NCBI GenBank assembly: GCA_965662235.1
Contig: CBFIGY010000003.1
Coordinates: 96,001 to 160,000, forward strand
From: an uncultured bacterium
GTDB lineage: Bacteria > SAR324 > NAC60-12
Direction of reading: 5' to 3'
DNA length: 64,000 nucleotides
Of the stretch, positions 59,525 through 64,000 are shown in pieces; the first letter of the stretch is position 1; each line of letters starts with the position of its first letter. The notes beneath the pieces were generated by a model that was not told the origin of the DNA, ran no database searches, and worked only from the letters and a program-made list of their open reading frames with translations. The translations under genes were made by a program, and so were the position numbers.

Positions 59525-60166
59525 ATGAAATCAAGTAAGCTGTTTCTGGTTGCCGCGGCAGCCCTGACATTGGCGTTGGGTGCCTGCTCCAGCAGTCAGC
59601 CTCAACCGCAGAACACTGCCCCTGCCACGCAAGCGGACCCCGACTTCTCGAACCGTCCTGACTGGACGATGAACGAGCCCGACATTGAAGATGAGAAAAT
59701 GTCTTTTGTCGGCCTCTCTGCGATTCATGCGAACGAAAAGAACGCCCGGGATGACGCCCGCCGCAGTGCCGTCAACGCGGCCGTGCAGTACCTCGGCACC
59801 ATTGCCAAGAACAAGTTTGAACAGGCATCCGTCAGCTACGGCCTCGCCACTGAGGTCGTGGACCCCACCACCAGCGCCCGGACGTTTGAAAAGCAGGTTT
59901 CCGCCAATGTGGCCCGGCGCCTGCGGACCGAAAAGTGGTACATGGAGCGCGAAAGCGACGCCTCCGGCAAGCGGGGGTACAAGTACTTTGTGCTTGCCAC
60001 CGTTCCGATGGAAGAACTGGACAACGCCTTTAAGCAGAGCGCCCGTGAGAACATCGCCGACGCTCAGCGACGGGCCAAGGACGCCGCAACCGCCCAAGCC
60101 AAGAAGCAGGCTGAAGACGCGGCCTCCTTCTGGGCAGACATGGAAAAACAGGGTTTGACTGAATGA
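59525..60166 (+). CDS. Lipoprotein, LPP20-like
   Basis: Lipobox LGAC; RPDW, FVG.S...E..AR..A and KWY...Y.YFVL pattern. Confidence 0.7.
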   Translation: MKSSKLFLVAAAALTLALGACSSSQPQPQNTAPATQADPDFSNRPDWTMNEPDIEDEKMSFVGLSAIHANEKNARDDARRSAVNAAVQYLGTIAKNKFEQASVSYGLATEVVDPTTSARTFEKQVSANVARRLRTEKWYMERESDASGKRGYKYFVLATVPMEELDNAFKQSARENIADAQRRAKDAATAQAKKQAEDAASFWADMEKQGLTE

Positions 60167-61620
60167 AACCGACTGGCTGGATGATTCTGGGAGTCCTGGC
60201 GACCCTAGGAGGATGTGCCTCCCAGCCAGCGACGCCCCCACCTCCGGCGCCTCCCGAGCCCGTCCGAGAGGAGTTGGTTCGCCGAGCACCGGATCCAGAA
60301 CCGGAGTGGGCCATCCAAGGCACACGACCGGAAAACGACGAGTTTCTCTACTTTGTCGGCTACTCCAGTAAGCAGGCCGAGGAGAAGAACGCGGTCGATG
60401 AGGCCCGTCGGGATGCCGGAAACCGCTTTGTTGAGTACTGTGGCGTGGAGGCCCGGACATTCAGCCAGTTTCTTTCCGTCAGCTATGGACTGTCCTCTGA
60501 GGTTCAGGACGCGACCCAGTCAGGAGTCACCGGCTCCAATCAGCAGGCTGAGGCTTACTTCAGCCGCCTGAAGCTGGTGGAGCGCTCCGTGGAGCTCTAC
60601 CGCGAGGTGCAGGGCGAGCAGGAGCTCAAGCGCTTCTGGCGCATGAAGGTCCTGGTGCAGGTCCCCCGGAGTGAGTACGACGCTGTCCAGCAGTGGAAGC
60701 AACAACGGGAGGCCAACGCAGAGGCGCTGCTGGCGCGCATCCGGGATTCCGCCCAAACCTCAGCCCGCGAAGGAGACCTGCTCGGCGCCCTGGCGCTGCT
60801 CAAGCAGCTCAAGGAAGAAGCGCCCCAGCAACCCACCCCCAAGCGAAGCGCTTTTGTCGCAGAAGCCAACGGGTTGGAAAATCAGTGGCTGGGCGCCCTC
60901 ACCCTTGCGGTGAACAACGGCGATGCCCAGGTGCTGGAACCCGGACAGACTCCAGCGCCCCTGAAGGTGCAGATCCAGACTCGGGTCGGCGGCACCACGG
61001 TACCCGTCCGGAACTTCCCGGTCGCGTTCCTTTCAGGTGAACGGTCGGTCCCGGTGACCACCGACCCCAGCGGCATCGCAGCGCTCACGCTTCCCGCCAG
61101 CCGAGGTGCGGGAACGCTCGTGGTGATGGCGGCTCCCGATCCCGAACGGCTCCAAGGAGCCCTTCCGGAGCAAGCGCTGATGGCTCTCATCGGACGCCAG
61201 GTTCCGTTTCGCATCAAGGTGGAAACCCCGTTCTTGAAGCAAATGGCGCCTCAGGAGTTTCCGCTTCAGCTCCGGACCTCTGCACAGGCGCCTCTGGCTC
61301 CTGGTGAGGAGTTTCGGGTCTTCAGTTCCTGTGCGCAACGGTGCTACCTGCGGCTGTACGTCTGGGACGGTTCGCAGGGGGTCCTCCTCATCAACACAGC
61401 CCGCAAGCTGCTCCGCAACCAGGAGCAGGCGTTGCCGCCGCTGACCCCGGACACGCCCGGACGGTACACCCTGATTGCGCTGGCCACAACCGAGTCCTTC
61501 CCGGACGCGGTTCAAGAAGGGACCGCTTATGGTCCCACTGAGTTTGCGGTGGTTCTCAAAAACTTTCGAAACATGACCTGGCCCAAAGCCGAGGCGCAGG
61601 TGGACGTCACAGTCGAATGA
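60163..61620 (+). CDS. Lipoprotein with LPP20-like N-domain, Ig-like middle and DUF4384-like C-domain
   Basis: Lipobox LGGC; PEW...YFVG.S...E..A..A; TTDPSGIA; GEEFRV...CYLRLY...PG.YTLIALAT. Confidence 0.65.
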   Translation: MKPTGWMILGVLATLGGCASQPATPPPPAPPEPVREELVRRAPDPEPEWAIQGTRPENDEFLYFVGYSSKQAEEKNAVDEARRDAGNRFVEYCGVEARTFSQFLSVSYGLSSEVQDATQSGVTGSNQQAEAYFSRLKLVERSVELYREVQGEQELKRFWRMKVLVQVPRSEYDAVQQWKQQREANAEALLARIRDSAQTSAREGDLLGALALLKQLKEEAPQQPTPKRSAFVAEANGLENQWLGALTLAVNNGDAQVLEPGQTPAPLKVQIQTRVGGTTVPVRNFPVAFLSGERSVPVTTDPSGIAALTLPASRGAGTLVVMAAPDPERLQGALPEQALMALIGRQVPFRIKVETPFLKQMAPQEFPLQLRTSAQAPLAPGEEFRVFSSCAQRCYLRLYVWDGSQGVLLINTARKLLRNQEQALPPLTPDTPGRYTLIALATTESFPDAVQEGTAYGPTEFAVVLKNFRNMTWPKAEAQVDVTVE

Positions 61621-61642
61621 CGCACAACCCACAGGAGACGTC

Positions 61643-62677
61643 ATGAACTGGCTCAAACTTTCCTGGCTTCTGCTGAGCCTCCTGCCCAGCCTGGCGCTGG
61701 CGCAGCTCAGCCCGGCAGATGTCTACCGGTCCACCAGCAATTCGGTGGTCCTCATCATTTCTCATCACGGAGCCGCGCAGTCCAAGGGCACCGGCTCGGT
61801 GATTGCCCCTGGGCTGGTGCTCACCAACGCCCATGTCGTCTTGGACGACCAAGGGCAGGCTCCGCAAAAGCTGCTGATCTTCCTGAAACAGGACAACCTC
61901 AACGACGACAGCCGCCGCATCTATGAAAAGGGGCGACGCGCCACCGTGGTCCGGACACATCAGGACCTAGACCTAGCGTTGCTGAAAGTGGACGGCCTTG
62001 ACGACGTCTCACCGCTCACACTGGGCGATTCGTCTCAAATGGAGATCGGCGCGCCGGTGCTGGCCATTGGACACCCGGAAAACGGTGGCCTGTGGTCCCT
62101 GACCTCCGGGCGCATTGGCTCCAGGATCCGCAACCATGGAGGCGTTTCTGGCCGGCACGTGTTTCAGACTGAGACCAGCCTCAACCGAGGCAACTCCGGA
62201 GGCCCCCTCCTGAACTACGACGGGCAGATCATCGGCATCAACACCAGCATCGCTCGCAAGTCGGCGGACGGCTTGGCCATCACCGGCGTCAACTTCTCGG
62301 TGCAGTCCAATGTAGCCCGGGACTGGCTGGAGCGCGGAGGCGTCTCAATGGCTGCCGCTGCTACAGCATCCCCGGTTGCCAAAACGCCGGTGGGCATCCG
62401 CCGGGTGACTCCGGAAAATCCAGCCCAGCAGGCTCTCCCGGAAACGCCGTTGCCGGAAAGCCCTCTGCTCCCGCCGGACTCGCTGGAGCAGGTGAACCCG
62501 AACGATCTGCTCGGCGCCGCTCCTGAAGGGGAACTGCTCACGCCTCCTCGTCCCTTTAAAGATCAGGACCTCTTTCAGTCCCTCATGGACCAGCAAGAAG
62601 ACGACTTTGACCGACTGATGGACCAACAAGAGAGCTCCTTTGACCAAAAAATGGATGCGGCCTTTGACTCCTTCTGA
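61643..62677 (+). CDS. Secreted trypsin-like (S1C/HtrA-like) serine protease without PDZ domain
   Basis: Signal peptide ALA-Q; catalytic triad LTNAHV / DLAL / NRGNSGGPL. Confidence 0.92.
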   Translation: MNWLKLSWLLLSLLPSLALAQLSPADVYRSTSNSVVLIISHHGAAQSKGTGSVIAPGLVLTNAHVVLDDQGQAPQKLLIFLKQDNLNDDSRRIYEKGRRATVVRTHQDLDLALLKVDGLDDVSPLTLGDSSQMEIGAPVLAIGHPENGGLWSLTSGRIGSRIRNHGGVSGRHVFQTETSLNRGNSGGPLLNYDGQIIGINTSIARKSADGLAITGVNFSVQSNVARDWLERGGVSMAAAATASPVAKTPVGIRRVTPENPAQQALPETPLPESPLLPPDSLEQVNPNDLLGAAPEGELLTPPRPFKDQDLFQSLMDQQEDDFDRLMDQQESSFDQKMDAAFDSF

Positions 62678-62688
62678 ATGAGGTTGCC

Positions 62689-63738
62689 ATGACTCTGCTT
62701 CCGCGCACGCGCGCCTTCCTGACCGCCACGGCCCTCAGCTGCCTGCTGGGGATTCCGGCTCTGCAGGCCCAGAGCCTAGAAGAGGCGGCGGAGCAAGTGG
62801 TGCGTCAGCTGACTGAAAACCTGACCGCGGCCCCCTTGGAGGTTGAAATCACCACCCTGACCCTGGAAGGCACCAAGGCTTCCAGCCCGTTTGCCGACCA
62901 GTTTCTGGATCGGGTTCGGGAGGAGATGCGAGACCATCCGGGGGACTACCCAAAGGTCGCCCGCCGAGATGTGCAACCTGAAGCCCTGAGCCGCGGAATT
63001 TCCATTGCCAAGCCCAACTTTTCCAGTGCCGATGCGCAGGTGGAAGACGCTGTGCTGGAAGGAACCTACCGGGAGGCCGGAGACCGGCTCTTTGTCGCCC
63101 TGCGCCTCGTCCGGGAAGACGGAAGCTCCATTTCTCAGGCAGAGGCTCCGGTTGCACTCGATCAACTGAATGTTGCCTTCAAACCGGAAGCCGTGTCGGT
63201 TCCGGACCTGCAGGCAGAAGAGGCCGAGTTGGAAGACCTGCTGGCGCTTCCACAGGAGCTGCCGTTGACCGCTCAGCTGGCCAAAGGCGACGGTGCCACT
63301 TACTACTCCGGAGATGCGTTTGAGGTGATGCTGCGCTCAGAAGAAGCTGCGTACATCCGGCTCATCTACCGAGACGTCAATGGCACCACCACAGAGCTCT
63401 ATGAGTCTCCGGGACCGCTTGTAGCAGGACAGACGCACCTCATTCCGCCGCGTCGCAACGGGCGACCTCAGTGGCAGATCGCCTGCGACAGTGGCTGCGG
63501 ACCCGAAACCGTTGTCGTGGTTGCCTCCACTGAGCCCCTCCCCCAGGCCACAGCCACCCGAGGCTTCGGATCTGGTGATTCCTGGGCGCTCGGTAGCTAC
63601 CTCCGGGACCTCTTTGACGCGCTCCCTACTCGCGCCACGACGCCTGCCAGTCGCGGCCTGAATTCTTCTGGTTCCGCCGGCAATTCTGCTCCGGCGCACT
63701 CGCTGTTGGTCCTGCACCTGACCACAGCTGAACGTTAA
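62689..63738 (+). CDS. Secreted protein with FlgO/CsgG-like N-domain and DUF4384-like C-domain
   Basis: Signal peptide LQA-Q; V.R.D...AVLEGTY...LRLV; Y..GD...V......YI.L.Y.D..G...GPE.V.VVAS..PL. Confidence 0.65.
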   Translation: MTLLPRTRAFLTATALSCLLGIPALQAQSLEEAAEQVVRQLTENLTAAPLEVEITTLTLEGTKASSPFADQFLDRVREEMRDHPGDYPKVARRDVQPEALSRGISIAKPNFSSADAQVEDAVLEGTYREAGDRLFVALRLVREDGSSISQAEAPVALDQLNVAFKPEAVSVPDLQAEEAELEDLLALPQELPLTAQLAKGDGATYYSGDAFEVMLRSEEAAYIRLIYRDVNGTTTELYESPGPLVAGQTHLIPPRRNGRPQWQIACDSGCGPETVVVVASTEPLPQATATRGFGSGDSWALGSYLRDLFDALPTRATTPASRGLNSSGSAGNSAPAHSLLVLHLTTAER

Positions 63739-63759
63739 CCCCGCTCCTTACAGGACTCC

Positions 63760-64000
63760 ATGCTTCGTCGATTCATCCTGGGCCTTTCTCTATTGCTCAG
63801 CATTGGTACCTCGTCCCTCCACGCACAGTCGCTGGAAGTCGTCTTCAAAGACGGCATCTGGGGGGCCGGTATTGGGGCCACCATTGCCCTCGCCAGTTGG
63901 TCCCTCACCGACCAGGACACGGATGAGCTGCGGGTTCAGTTGACCCGTGGCGCCTCGTTGGGACTGCTGGCAGGGGTGGGATATGGGCTGTATGAAGTCA
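63760..64000 (+). CDS. Exported/membrane protein with glycine-rich helices (partial, runs off the right edge; absent from the ORF track)
   Basis: Manual translation MLRRFILGLSLLLSIGTSSLHA-QSLEVVFKDGIWGAGIGATIALASW...RGASLGLLAGVGYGLYEV; RBS AGGA. Confidence 0.75.
   Translation, partial: MLRRFILGLSLLLSIGTSSLHAQSLEVVFKDGIWGAGIGATIALASWSLTDQDTDELRVQLTRGASLGLLAGVGYGLYEV

Overview
A gene-dense, roughly 60% GC bacterial chromosome segment with about 55 CDS. I found no rRNA, tRNA, CRISPR array, IS element or prophage. The organism is probably an aquatic Gram-negative of deltaproteobacterial type (SAR324-like is a guess that I cannot verify here). Housekeeping genes (rnc, rluB, tatD, ftsA-ftsZ, moaB, rlmI, folB, metK, HPr, aroE) alternate with accessory loci. 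Main points of interest: (1) a Na+-type stator locus with one motA and two motB genes whose first 44 residues are identical while their periplasmic domains have diverged; (2) two tandem signal-peptide-bearing caspase (C14) proteins, one ending in a LecA-like lectin domain; (3) an uncharacterised operon of lipoproteins, a trypsin-like protease and DUF4384-like proteins at the right edge, sharing an R-G-hydrophobic motif with the caspases; (4) a five-gene operon that may encode an oxidative amino-sugar-acid pathway; (5) two membrane proteins with degenerate FHA domains behind ftsZ; (6) an old yellow enzyme-GNAT fusion; (7) window-wide enrichment of the palindrome TCCGGA and a CCTAG/CTAGG bias, both suggesting methylation-driven sequence evolution. 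All product calls come from reading motifs by eye and all counts are manual.
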